A stretch of DNA of 64,000 nucleotides. Source: Nemertoderma westbladi (taxonomy: Eukaryota; Animalia; Xenacoelomorpha). The notes under the pieces were generated by a model. That model saw only the letters and a list, made by a program, of their open reading frames with translations. It searched no databases and had not been told where the DNA came from. The position numbers and the translations under genes are program-made. The stretch lies in assembly GCA_032718475.1 (NCBI GenBank), contig JAUCBJ010008916.1:1155-65154 (forward strand). The letters are read 5' to 3'. Positions 49,311 to 62,406 of this stretch are shown here, one piece after another. Positions within the stretch are counted from its first letter, which is position 1. Each line of letters starts with the position of its first letter.

Positions 49311-49324
49311 GTTACTATGGAAAC
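49311..49324. promoter_or_regulatory. RFX X-box upstream of the PP1-like gene
   Basis: GTTACTATGGAAAC, 174 bp upstream of the ATG, fits the X-box consensus. Confidence 0.55.
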
Positions 49325-51499
49325 TGTATTTATTAACCGGGATATTAATTAATTGTCCTTTCAAATATTTTAAAAAATAGTTTCCGCCGTACCGTCGAAA
49401 GTTTTCATTTGAAGTCGAAGTTTTTAGACTAGCTTTGGGACCGGCGACGGGGTTTTAGGTAGACCTACTTTTTTAGCTAAATTTTGTATAAACATGAAGC
49501 TGCTGTAAGTTTGTCGAGTGAGTGAAGCCCAAAAAGTCAATAGATTACTCTTTATTCTTAGATTATATATATTATATTATATTATATTATATTATTAGGA
49601 TATCGCGGAGACATCACAGTCATAGCAGCGATTGAACAATAAAATCATCGATTTAAAATTACAAGTAAAAACTCACATAAAATATACACAACGTCTTATG
49701 CTATGGCTTAAGTTGTTACCTATTGTTAAAATGTTAAAATTGTTACTTTTTCGATACAATGTATGTTATTAATGCATACAATTTTGTGAATCTAATAATT
49801 TTTATATTGTACCGGTAGCTAGTTTTTTTTTTATAATAGCTACTGTACTACAGTAGCTAGTGTTTTTCAAAAACAATAAATTTGTATTTTGATAGAATTA
49901 TTGTTTTGAAACATGGCTACCGGTAGCTATTATCTTTTATGGTATAGCTAGTGATTTACATAGCTAGTTATTAAAAGATAGTTATTTAATATTTTTCTGT
50001 CGAGTAATTGAGGTCATTAGTATAGTATCTATGCCTAAATTAAAAAAAAATTGATTAAAATTATTAGTGATTATCGGTTTATATCTTGGGGTTTTTCGTT
50101 CTAGAACAAATATTTGACCATCTGACAGTAATATGGTAGCCAGTAATTTGGATTTTGTGTTAGCTAGTACTTTTTATTAGCTTGTAAAAAAATTAAAAAT
50201 GTAATTTAATCCTCAAATATATTTGTCAATAAGAATAAGAAACATGAAATAAATAAGCATTAGAATAAGAAATTAAATTGAAATTTAAATAAATTGAAAT
50301 TTAATTTATTTATGTAAGTAACCATAGCAACAAAAATATATAATTCTAGAATAAAATTGATAATACAAAGGCAAACAACAGTAGTAATTGGAGTAATGGA
50401 GTAATTAATTACATTTCATATTGGATAAACAGGATGTTTCTTTCTTGTTAATTCTGACAGTTCATGAAAAGAAGTATCTTTAACAACTAACTAACATAAA
50501 AATGGGCTAGAGTTCCGTATGCAGTCGCAATTGAAATTTTTATATTCATTAATGAAATTGTGTACTTTTTGCATAGTAATATCACCACATTTTTTTGCGT
50601 TCTAGAACATTATATTTTTTATTTTATTTATATTCTAGAATAGTGTTTTAATAATTATATTTTGTTCTAGAACTCTACACTGTTGCCATGGTTACAATGA
50701 TTTATGTTATAAAAATGTTGTGCTATATGGAACTGTTAACAAAAATAAAAAAATAAAATAAAAAATATACAGTACCTTGATTTTTGATTAGCGGTAGCTA
50801 ATGTTCTGAAATTAGCTAATATTGTGTTCTATCTACCAATGTTGCTTAACATTAATCAATAACAAAACACACATTAAAGTTAATTTTTTTAATCTGTAAT
50901 TTTTTTCAAAAACATTATAGCTACCCTTGAAAAAAACACTAGCTAACATCAAGAACACTTTAGAACATTTTGTATATCTTACATGTATATTGAAATGGAA
51001 TCGTGTTTGAATTAATTTTAGCACCACAATCAGTATGGTGCTCAATTTTTTTTGCATCAATCGGGTTTTTTAGTCAATGACCAATTTCCAAAGAGGAGAC
51101 CATACCACGGGCCTGTCTTGAAATACCTACTATGTGATAGCCTTAGTTCACTAGTGCTACACGTGTCGGTACTGTAGTACTATGGAAACTAATACAACCC
51201 AGAGTAATGTACAATGTAGGCCTACAAAAGTACCAAAGGTCAAGAACAATACCAACATGTCGAAGAATAACTTAACACCCCCCCCCCCCCCCCCCCCACC
51301 CCCACACGGATTAACTTTTTGTTGATGCAACTTGTGCCTGTGTGAGGGACAAAAAGTGCCTAGTGTGAGGGGGTCAGCGATAAGTTGCTGGACTATCTCA
51401 GCAACATTTCGCAACAAAAGTTTGATGAAAGTTTCTGTGTATTTGGAAGTCCGACACCTCCTGCTGCAACATTTTTGAAAAGTTGCTACAGCCATTAAA

Positions 51500-53155
51500 A
51501 AGTTGTGGACACAGGTTGCAGGCACAAGTTGCAGACACAAATTATAGTTGTGGACACAGGTTGCAGACGCAAGTTGCGGACACAAGTTGTGGACAGAGGT
51601 TGCAGGCACAACTTGTAGTTTTGGACACAGGTTGAGGCACAAGTTGCAGACACAAGCTGTAGTTGTGGACATAGGTTGCAGACACAAGTTGTAGTTGTGG
51701 TCATAGGTAACAGGCACAAGTTGCAGACACAAGTTGTCGACAGAAGTTGTGGACATAGGTAACAGGCACAAGTTGCAGACACAAGTTGTCGACAGAAGTT
51801 GTGGACACAAGTTGTGGACACCCTGTGTCCACAACTTGCACAAATTGTAGTTGTGGACACAGGTTGCAGACAGAAGTTGTGGACACAGGTTGCAGACACA
51901 AGTTGTAGTTGTGGACACAGGTTGCAGGCACAAGTTGCAGACACAAGTTGTGGACAGAGGTTGGAGGCACAAGTTACAGACACAAATTGTAGTTGTGGAC
52001 ACAGGTTGCAGACACAAGTTGTGGACACAAGTTGCAGACACAAGTTGTGGACACAAGTTGTTGAAACAGGCTGCAGACACAAGTTGTAGTTGTGGACACA
52101 GGTTGCAGACACAAGTTGTGGACACAAGTTGCAGACACAAGTTGTAGTTGTGGACACAGGTTGCAGGCACAAGTTGAAGACACAAGTTGTAGTTGTGGAC
52201 ACAGGTTGCAGGCACAGGTTGCAGACACAAGTTGTTGACACAAGTTGTGGACATAATTTGTGGACACAAGTTGTGGACACAGGTTGCAGGCACAAGTTGC
52301 AGACACAAATTGTAGTTGTGGACACAGGTTGCAGGCACAGGTTGCAGACACAAGTTGTTGACACACGCTATGGACATAATTTGTGGACACAAGTTGTGAA
52401 CACAGGTTGCAGGCACAAGTTGCAGACACAAATTGTAGTTGTGGACACAGGTTGCAGACACAAGTTGTGGATACAAGTTGTGGACACAGGTTGCAGGCAC
52501 AAGTTTCAGACACAAATTGTGGACAGAAGTTATGGACACAAGTTGTGGACACAGGTTGTAGGCACAAGTTGCAGACACAAATTGTAGTTGTGGACACAGG
52601 TTGCAGACACAAGTTGTGGACACAGGTTGCAGACACAAGTTGTAATTGTGTACACAGGTTGCAGACACAAGTTGTGGACACAAGTTGCAGAAATAAGTTG
52701 TAATTGTGGACACAGTTTGCAGACACAAGTTGGGGACACAAGTTGCAGACACACGTTTTGGACACAAGTTGTGGATACAAGTTGCAGATACAAGTTGTGG
52801 ATACAAGTTGCAGACACAAGTTGTGGACACAAGTTGTGGACACAGGTTGCAGACACAAGTTGTGGATACTAGTTGTAGACACAAGTTGTGGACACAAGTT
52901 GTGGACTCAGGTTGCAGACACAAGTTGTGGACACAAGTTGCAGACACAGGTTGGGGACACAAGTGGCAGACACAAGTTGTGGACACACGTTGCAGGCACA
53001 AGTTGAAGACACAAGTTGTGGACACAAGTTGCAGACACAAGTTGTGGATACAAGTTGCAGACACAAGTTGTGGACACAAGTTGCAGATACAAGTTGTGGA
53101 TACAAGGTGCAGACATAAGTTGTGGACACAGGTTGCAGACGCAAGTGGTAGACAC
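51500..53155. repeat. Degenerate satellite of shuffled 12-bp units
   Basis: GTTGTGGACACA and GTTGCAGACACA variants with GTTGTA spacers; ORFs in many frames. Confidence 0.93.
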
Positions 53156-53293
53156 GACAAATGTTACTCAGTGTGAGAGGGGGTCCGCCTTATTTATTTA
53201 CAGACCTTGAATTGGTGGTGGTAAATGATTAGATCACAAATAACTATTAACTACTGGATTGTAAATTTGTAAACCTTCGATCAAAATACTAAG

Positions 53294-53808
53294 ATGATGT
53301 GTAACAGTGATTCCAGTAACTCTCACACTCCCTCCATACACAGTCGACGTAGTGTGGAATCCCGTCGCAATGTTACAGTTTCAATCACGAAAGATAAAAC
53401 ACCCTCGGATATCGGCAGTGCATCTCCCAAGAAAGGTCGATCTGTTTCGCTAATACAATCACAAAGTAGGTCTATGGTACCAAGCTCCAAAGATATGTCA
53501 ATAGAAAGTTCACAGATTGTCAGCAGTCAAGGTTCTTGGTCAAACACATACAGCAGCAAGGAAAGTTCAACGATTCATGTTGAATCCACGTCCATACATA
53601 GGGCCAAAGTGACCAGTGGTTGCAGTAAAGTTACCATGCCAAGTGCAAGTATGAGGTCTATTGCTGAAGAAACTGCGTTTGATTTATTTTTGGTCAGTAA
53701 GGAAACTGAAAAAAAATCCGGTCCACCTGAAAATAATGTGGAAGTCGTCGTTGATATTAAAATCAATTCCATGGATGATGTCATCGCCGAATTGGATAGG
53801 ATTTCAAG
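53294..53808 (+). CDS. Unknown protein, exon 1 (Ser-rich)
   Basis: ATG-initiated ORF ending at the donor AAG|GTGAGT, phase 2. Confidence 0.75.
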
Positions 53809-53971
53809 GTGAGTAAAATTGATGGTCAATAATTTATTTATTTGCTAAATGCGGTTACTGCAATAGAGAATAATTTCAATTCAAAAAAGTGCAATTACAA
53901 TAAATTATTATTAATGTAAAAGTTCCCCCTTGCTATTTTTTCCCTTCTTACTAGGTTGTTTTTTTTCATAG

Positions 53972-55802
53972 GGATTTGTCTAAAAAATCAGATGGTATCA
54001 AGAGCTATTTTTGCGATCTAGGAGTCGAAGGAGAAAGCACGGAAGATCAGGGCCTGTCGTCATCGATAGAGGCTATTATGGTTAAGTATTGGAACCAAGC
54101 AACAGAACTTCAACGCAGACACATACAGGAGGAAAAACTAATAACGTCCCTCCATGACTGGTTTAGAGACAAAGAGGAAAGGGGCTTAGAGCAACTGGAG
54201 GGACTGAAAGAAGACAATGTCAGAGTTGGTTACATTGAAGAAAAGGTGCGGGAAGCTTTAATAAAACTCAAGCGTGGTCTCAGGAAAATGAAGTCATCCG
54301 ACGCCACGTCCGATGAAGGTAAACATGAAGCGACAGGCGTAGGGCAGAGAGAAAAGTTGTTTACCGAGATAAGAGGGAGTGTCGCCGAGATTGCAAAACT
54401 CCACGATGATGCTTCTCTGGGTATTTTAGCTGAACAGGAGAATATGTGGACCAAAGCTGCGGAGAAAATCCTGCAGTATACAAACGAGGCGCACCTTCAA
54501 AAAGTCCCTGTGAGAGTTCGCGATATTGAAAAAATTATGAAGCGCATGAAATGCGATTTGGAAAACGATTCACTTCAACAGCACTTGGCTTTAAAAGCTC
54601 TAAGTTTCATTCAGAGTGACTTCCAACAACGCAATCGAAGTCTAACGTTGCAAAATCTTGAGTTTAAAGAGAAGATAGAAATTCAGAGCCTTCAGTTAGC
54701 GGAATGGAAGAGCAAGGCCAACTCCAATTGCGGAAACATCGTGGAAATCGTCCAGCCTCTACTGGACAAAGAATCACCGCCGCTGGACAAAGAATATCAA
54801 ATAAACCCTCTCGATCTCAGTGAGTATGAGTGTTCACCAGACACCCCCGGGGCCATTGAAGTCGGAGACACACATGTGATGGCTGGCAAGTTGTTAAGTC
54901 GTCATTTGACGGAACGGATTATTAACGAGCAACTTCGCGCTACAAATGCAAAAATGAAGAGGAGAATAGAAAGATTAGAGAGAAATGTCGGAGACCAATC
55001 TCAGACTTGTTATGGGAAATCTCGCGAATATGTTCGACAAACGAATGATCATGTAAGATTATCAGAAGAAGGTGCTGTTCTCAGTGAGTCACCGCGTGCT
55101 ATATCGCATTTGCGGAAGATGAATGGGTCTGCGTCGGATGGCCTGCCGTATTCCGTGAAACAAACTCCCGCCAGTTTACCGGGTTGGGCGAGACGAAATG
55201 AGGCTTGGCTCAAGAGAGATAACGCCAGTCTCCAGCGCATATGCTGCGTGCGATGCCAGAAGGTGAGAACTAGAGATGCAACAGCCCAGACTTCAGTTAG
55301 TGGACAACCGTGGGTAGTGACAATAGAGAATAGGTGCATGGAGTTGGTGAAGCAATTTGTGAATGGTCATCTGTCTTTAGACAAAGTATCTCCTAAGGAT
55401 ATGCATATCCTGCAGGAGGGTATGAGAAAATGCATAGGAAAAGATGATAAATTTGGTGCCCCGAAAAGTCTTTTCCCCAACGTTCTGAAAGATCTTCCTA
55501 TGGGCGGGACACATGGCAAGCCGAGTTTGAGGAGCAGGGACACTCCAAAGAGTCCAACATCGGCACATAAAGAGAGTCCAATTCATTCAAAGGATCGCAA
55601 GACAAAGGGAGGAGATAGTTGCAAGTCGATGAAGGAAGAATATCGCACACCAAACGACACAGAGAAAACGAGAGAGAGGGAACGCGGCGTTTTGATATCC
55701 AAGTCCGAATGTTTCCCGTATGACCCATTTCAGGAGAAAGTTGTGTTCGAAAAAAAGTTTGCTAAGATGAGAAAAAGTAGAATTGCACCAATTTTACAAT
55801 AA
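53972..55802 (+). CDS. Unknown coiled-coil protein, exon 2 (about 781 aa spliced)
   Basis: Acceptor TTTTTTCATAG|G restores the frame into a 608-codon non-repetitive ORF; AATAAA near 55952. Confidence 0.8.
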
Positions 55803-57029
55803 TTTGAACAGTAAAATATTGTGTTTCTTGTAAATGTATTATTTACCACTTACTAATTCAGTAACTAAAGAGATTTTGCTTTAAATTGTTTTATTTTACG
55901 TCAATTTAAGACCCTCCACCAGTTTACATGTTACAAGGAGCCAAATCTAACAATAAACACTTTAAATAAGACTAGGATTAATTTATTGTCGTTCGCGTAA
56001 ATATAATTAGGGTATCCTAATTGTCTTTCTACATCGATCTACAATGAGCAGCGCAATGTGTACAATGGCATGAAGTAAACCTGCTCTCTGCATGAAAGAG
56101 TTGTTGTCCAACTGCCACAGAAAGAAACTACGGTAATTACTATCCAGTAATTAGTGCGTGCTGCGCGACTCTGTGTAGGTTATGGTACCGGTCCCCTCTG
56201 GTATTCTTATTGGTGATATAACATTTTGCAGAGGTTGCGGGTTACGGCCGTAGTAAATTAAATGATAAAAGCAGATGAACATCACAACCATGGAGTTCCA
56301 CTTGAGATGTACAAGACCTCGGGGTTTCAAACATTACAAATTTAAAAGTAACTTCGTGATACCAAAAAGTTCTCGGAGTTAATAACACGACGTTAAAATC
56401 AGATAGGCTAATAATATCTGATATTGTATTGACTATATGATAGACTTACTTGGCTGCACCATCAACTATCCTGTATCCCGCTATTATCGAGGCCATAAGT
56501 AATCCACCACAAGAGCCTAGCCCATATATGGTGGTGGTCAAGATCCTTTAATTCGTTTTCACAACAAAAACTTAATAATAATTCTTAATTAAGTAATTGC
56601 CGTGAACGTCTGCCACTAATATTCACAGCAAATTAAGTGATTACGAAATTTATATTTCTTTTCCTGGCAACACAATACCCATTTACTGCAAACTGTGAAT
56701 ATCACTCAGTGTATTTCACGCACAAGCAGGAATGCAACTATAACCAAACGAAAACAAGAACGTAACGAAAAAAACTTTACGCGGAAATAAATAAACAATT
56801 CATTAAAATGACTCAATGAAACGAAATGTTTAGTTTCGTAATTTGTTTGGTTTCGTTATATTAAAAATTAACTATTTATTACATGGGAAAAGTGTATAAC
56901 TTATTATAACTATTCCAGAGGTAATTTACCTGCCGTGCTCAAGCCAGGTTAATAGAGTCGAGAGACTAGAGAAAAAAAGAAACGTCCCTACGGAAGTCGA
57001 TTTTTTTTACATTTTTATAACTCCCAAAA

Positions 57030-57160
57030 ATAAAACTATAACCTGTTCCATTGACTTTAGTTTATTGTTTTGGTTAAAATTACGTGCCACTGTAACCTGC
57101 TCCTTTCCCTTAATTGATAATTTTGGAATCCGGATCCGGATCCGCGTTTTACACCTACCC
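57030..57160. mobile_element. One-ended fragment of a TIR-like element carrying the shared internal module
   Basis: Reverse complement of the AGGGAAAGGAGCAGGTTACAG...AACCAAAACAATAAAC module, ending CCGCGTTTTACACCTACCC. No partner end was found. Confidence 0.45.
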
Positions 57161-57251
57161 GGCCATCTCTATACATTTTTCATGAGTGCCAGCTGGTGTT
57201 TTTATCATTGCGCCTATGGCAATTTTCGTGTTTAGGGGCTATTTGTCGAAA

Positions 57252-57445
57252 TAAAACAAGTTGAGATGTTTCAATTTAAACCGCGATTTCCCCAGTACCC
57301 TTAGAAATCCATTTTCATGGTTCATGCAAAATTTCATCGAAATCGTTAGAGCAGTTTTTGCTCTAGGTCAGTAGTCAGTAGCCAGTAGCCGGTAGCCAGT
57401 AGCCGTTTTTTCTTACAGTAATCAAGTCTAACGACTTGCTAATAA
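57252..57445 (+). mobile_element. Helentron-associated (HINE/DINE-1-like) non-autonomous element
   Basis: AAACAAG start, ATGCAAAATTTCATCGAAATCG core, (CAGTAGC)n microsatellite, 3' hairpin CAAGTC-TAAC-GACTTG at 57423-57438. Confidence 0.55.
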
Positions 57446-57552
57446 TATATGAATACATTTTAATAGCTACGTAAATACGATTAAACAGATGTAATGTATT
57501 TTCCCCAGCTACTCATGAGATAAACAAATGTTCCAGAATATGCTGTATTTAT

Positions 57553-58245
57553 TAGGGATGTGGCGAATGTCCGCATCCGCATCCGTGGATATCCGCATGA
57601 TTTTTCGCATCCGCATCCGCACCCATGCCATGCGGATGTAACATGCAGATGTTACATGCACTATTCAAGCATCCTGTCTGAAGGTCCAGTAACCACTCAA
57701 TTAAATTTTTAATAATAATTCCTTTTTCCCTTATGAAATTTTTTTTATTTTATCTTAAAATTATCAAAGTATTAAATATCAAAATTATTTCTTACTACTT
57801 ATTTCTTATATCAACTTGGCCAGATGCAAAATAAACTACTGTACTGTATTATGCCAGGACCTAATGTCCCAAAACCTCATGACGAAGGCCAGGACCCAAC
57901 GACCACTCACATGACCTACGACGCATTACTGGGCAGCCTATGCCCATGAATCGGTACAATGTTGCAATGCAATACTGCGTAAGCTGTAGGCCATACAGGT
58001 TATACACTAATACTAGAAGGGAACAATATAAAAAATGTTTGTTGTATTATTGTTGTTATATTATGTCCCATTCTGTTCTATAACCTTAGACTCTTGTTAG
58101 TTTATTAATATAAGATTAGAATATAATATTAAATGATGGTATAACCTCGATGTAAAAGGGAGGCCAGGCAAAAATATATATGTTTTAATAGACATCCGCA
58201 TCCGCATCCGCGGATGTTAAAAATATGACATTCGCAACATCCCTA
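57553..58245. mobile_element. hAT-like MITE
   Basis: TIR TAGGGATGT(G/T)GCGAATGTC; 8-bp TSD GTATTTAT/GTACTTAT; subterminal (ATCCGC)n. Confidence 0.9.
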
Positions 58246-59430
58246 GTACTTATTAAACGGAATAAAATAACCTCGCATAGATGTCGATATCAAACGATTG
58301 TAGCAAATGATTGAAAGCAATTCTGGCTGAATTGGGGGCCTACGGGGACAGGTACCTGAATAACGACACTATATTCCAGGATATTGTGTATGTAAACCTC
58401 CGATATATAAATACACGCGGGTCATATCGATGAAAAGTTATATTTTACACACGATAATGTAAATAATTAAAAAAGTAGGAAACGAAACGAGAATTTGATC
58501 AGGACTTGACAAAATGAAACTAAATAAAATTAAAATTGTTTCGTTATGCCATCCTGCCTTGACTACCGGTACAAGTTCGAGAATATATAATAAATAGGCA
58601 CCGAAGCCTAATTAAACAGAGATCACTGTAATCTCAGACAAACTTATAAAAACACTTTATTACATAACGGAAAGTGACGACCTGTAAATATTGTATTAAT
58701 AGACAAACACGCTGGCAATTCAATATCACATCACACCATTCATTAGTCGAGTCAATGTAACCAAAAAAGGGGGTCAACATTCATCCAAACCAACTATTTA
58801 TTATTCTAAATTACCTTGTTAATACCCCTAAAAATTCTACAAAAATATATTATGCGGATCACTTTCAATTTCCTGTTTCTTTCCTTAGCAACATGGATTT
58901 TACTTAGCAACAAGGGGTCTATTGGTGGGATTTTCTCTAAATTTGGTACAGACCAACTTTACTCTAATGACTATCGATTTACAGAAGTATGCACTTCTAT
59001 ATAGTTACTAATTTAGTTTCCAGAGCAACGGAAATTTGTGTAATAATTTAACCATTTTTAATACCAACTTTGCTGGTACAATACAGAGAGCTTATTAACA
59101 CAACTTCACTACTAAACGGGTCTATGTGGAAAATAACATTTTACACACTTTTTTTTATTAAAAAGGTAATATAGAATCCAAAATATGTGGTTCGGATTGA
59201 TTGCGAAATACTTATGGGTTTTTTTTTGCTAGATTTACTCGTCTAATACACACACACACACACATCCGACATACAACATGCTTTGTATACAATATTGATT
59301 AAGTTACAACACTGAAAACGTGACTATATTACGAACTGAGAAGACTGTCAATCATAGGTTACTGTTGTAGCAAAAAACAAAATTATGGAATGAACAATAA
59401 CAGAATAAAGGTAGCAGTAACCAATAGCCG

Positions 59431-60066
59431 TTAGCGTTGCAATGATGTAACTGTGAGAGCAAAACTCAAGTCAACACAACTACCTTCTTTATCTGCTTTG
59501 TAATCTAACATTAATTCTTTGAAAACAATAAAGTCAGATAAAGAATACAAGATTTCGAATATCTCTCCATCCAGTTCACTTTTCCGGAGTTGTATCTCCT
59601 TGGAAAACTCCTCCATAGAAAATCCCGGGATTCTTAACCTCAGTTGATTTTCTATGTAATTCTCAAACAATTCTTGGTATTCTTTAAATATATCCGTGTA
59701 AATAAATTTGTTTTCTTCCGAATCGTTAAATTCTGCGTAATATTTATCGATAAATTTGTACTTGAGTTCATTGAAAGATGGTTCTAACACAATATCCTCG
59801 ATATGACCTATAACGATGTCGAATTGGGCGGAATCATCGCTAGACGATTCATCTTGTAGGTCCAGATCGAATGGGTTGGGAGCGAATTCGAACGGTTTCA
59901 GATAATCTCCGGTGGCTCCATTGTGGGTCAACTCTCCCTGACTCGATGAAACGGCGCTGGTTTCGGCGCCTCGCTCATTTTTCTCACTAATACGTAAATT
60001 CGCCGTATCGCAAAGATGCAAACACTTGTTTGCATCGGCAGAGGTTGTGGTACATTCCATATCCAT
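59431..60066 (-). CDS. ARL2BP: ARL2-binding protein (BART), no intron in the CDS
   Basis: FDIVIGHIEDIV...FIDKYYAEFNDSEENKFIYTDIFKEY...DFIVFKELMLDYKADKEG..DLS.AL.VTSL follows ARL2BP throughout. First in-frame ATG is at 60066. Confidence 0.93.
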   Translation of the reverse strand: MDMECTTTSADANKCLHLCDTANLRISEKNERGAETSAVSSSQGELTHNGATGDYLKPFEFAPNPFDLDLQDESSSDDSAQFDIVIGHIEDIVLEPSFNELKYKFIDKYYAEFNDSEENKFIYTDIFKEYQELFENYIENQLRLRIPGFSMEEFSKEIQLRKSELDGEIFEILYSLSDFIVFKELMLDYKADKEGSCVDLSFALTVTSLQR

Positions 60067-61230
60067 GTCGCGAAAACAGAATCCTAAATCAAACCAAATT
60101 CTAATAATACCAGGAATAACAGGCAGATACCTCTGCACGGCAACCGAAATGATCTCCGACTCCGAATAGGCCTAATTTAGTAATTAGTAACAAAGGTGCC
60201 TAACTCCAAATGTAATTGAGTATGACTGATGCAGCATGCTGGTATAGCATAGGGTGGTCTCATGGACTACATAGGTTACTAGGGTGGCGGTAAATATCGT
60301 AAATTAAAACGGTAATTGTTCTCTCATACAGTACTGCAGTAGTTCCTAACCTATTCAACAATAATGTATAGTCTAGGCCTATTATATTCCAGTATTCAGA
60401 TATTACTGTATTTGGGCCTCATGACATAGGGTTTGCGCCTTTGCGGTTATGGCAATGGAGAAGGACATTAAACATTAGTGTTAAATTACAGTTTTGATAC
60501 AGCAGTATGGTTTTAATTAGAGTTTTGGCCTGATCAATGCACACTAGCCCAACAGGAAACCAACCAGGGATACAGTCAAACCACGGAATGACTCTGAACT
60601 GCAACTGCAGCAGGAAAGAACCGGTAAGCCTGCAAACAACTAAAAAAGTTAAGTTTGTTACCGTACGACTAAGATAGAGCCCAAAAAGATGGAGAGGGTG
60701 CTGTTCGTGTGAAATGGCTGAGAGTGAAAAGTGGAGGGGGACCTACCCTACAGGCAACCGGTGAAGTTAATATATACGAGCTACCGGTAGGGCCCTACTG
60801 TTTGATTCAAAAATAAAACGGCGCGTAATGTTACACTGATTTATTACTTACGGAAGCCCATTACGGCCACCTTCGCGGACATCATGACAAACTGAGGGGA
60901 TACCAGATACCCCGGATACCTGCAAAAGCGCGCCGTTGACAAAATTTTGTCAAAGGCGCGCGGTCTGTCAATAGCGAGCCCCATTCTGCCGTTGTCAGAT
61001 TGTCAAATATTCTGTCAATGGCGTGCGCTCTTCAATGCCCTGCGCCGTTGTCAAATTTTTTTGTCAACGGCGGGCGCACTGTCAACGGCGCATGCTCTGA
61101 CCTGTCTATTCAACAAGCTGTAGGCCTACTGCATGCAGTACAAGTACTGCTGTACAGTACTGCTGTATTGTGTTTACTTCAGTGCTTCTCAGGTTGACAG
61201 TTGTTATCGGCTGATCGGTACCGTACCGTA

Positions 61231-62151
61231 CCGGTGTAACAGGAAAATATGCCCCCCCGGGAAATGTGCCCGGGGGGGCATATTTTCCTAGGAAAAAATG
61301 CCCCCCCGGGCAAATTTCCCTAGGAAAAAATGCCCCCCCTTAGGAAATTATGCCCCCCCTGAATTATACAATAAACAAAACTTATTACTACAGTACTACT
61401 AAAACTTACAAAAATTATACAAAACAATAAACAGTCACTTTACCAAATGAAGGAAAGGAGCAGGTTACAGAGGCAGGCCTTTCTAACCAAAACAATAAAC
61501 GATCATTTAACTAATTGAGGGAAAGGAGCAGGTTACAGAGGCGGGATTTTCTAACCAAAACAATAAACAGTCACTTTAGCAAATCAGGGAAAGGAGCAGG
61601 TTACAGAGACGGGATTTTCTAACCAAAACAATAAACGATAACATTACCAATGGAGAGAAAGGAGCAGGTTACAGAGGCGGGATTTTCTAACCAAAACAAT
61701 AAACAATCACTTTACCAAATCAGGGAAAGGAGCAGGTTACAGACTTAAAAAAGCTTGGAGCTGCTCGGCGCCCACACAACACCACACACTCGCACTGCTG
61801 TTATACCAGTACTTACTACAGTAGCCTACTGACTTACTTCAGTATGCAGTTCTACATCCCTTACTGCCTTACCTGCTTACCTACCGGCAGACCGGTACCG
61901 TACTATTCTTCCAACTATTACAAGTTCTGCAGTTGGTAGATTAAAAGTGGCTACCAGCAGACCGGTGTCGTACCAGTTTTCAGACTTTTGAGGGGGGCTA
62001 ATTTTCCTGAGGGGAGGCATTATTTCCTAAGGAGAAAATGCCCCCCCGGGCAAAATTTCCTAGGAAAAATTGCCCGGGGGGACATAATATCCTAGGAAAT
62101 AATGCCCCGGGGGGCATATTCTAGGGGGGGCTGATTTCCTTGTGACACCGG
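61231..62151. mobile_element. TA-flanked TIR element (MITE) with internal ~60-bp tandem repeats
   Basis: Ends CCGGTGT(A/C)ACA; subterminal CCTAGGAAA..TGCCCCCCC repeats; about 6 copies of the GAAAGGAGCAGGTTACAGA...AACCAAAACAATAAAC module at 61420-61743. Confidence 0.88.
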
Positions 62152-62406
62152 TACTGCTGTGCTAAATGTATTAGGCTTACCAACACCAGAAGTTTTTTAA
62201 TTGAGTTTTATATCTATAGCACTAAATAGCAGCAGAGCAGTAGAGTAATCATCAGTAGCTGTAGTAGCAGTAGGCCCCTATGTCTGTGTGTACCGGTACC
62301 CGGTACTGATATCTGGATATAGGTCAGTAGGTGGTACGGATACGGCAGTACAGAACTCCAACATTTAACATTATTGGTGAGATTATTTTAATTAGACACT
62401 CTCATT

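Noticed and set aside
51157-53210. Cys-rich keratin-associated or metallothionein-like ORFs
   Set aside because: Many overlapping ORFs on both strands come from 12-bp satellite units.
56450-56550. Possible minus-strand exon (ILTTTIYGLGSCGGLLMASIIAGYR, donor AA|GTAAGT)
   Set aside because: I could not find a convincing acceptor or partner exons.
58795-59265. Second Helentron-like element with (CA)n
   Set aside because: Only vague motif resemblance; no clear ends or hairpin.
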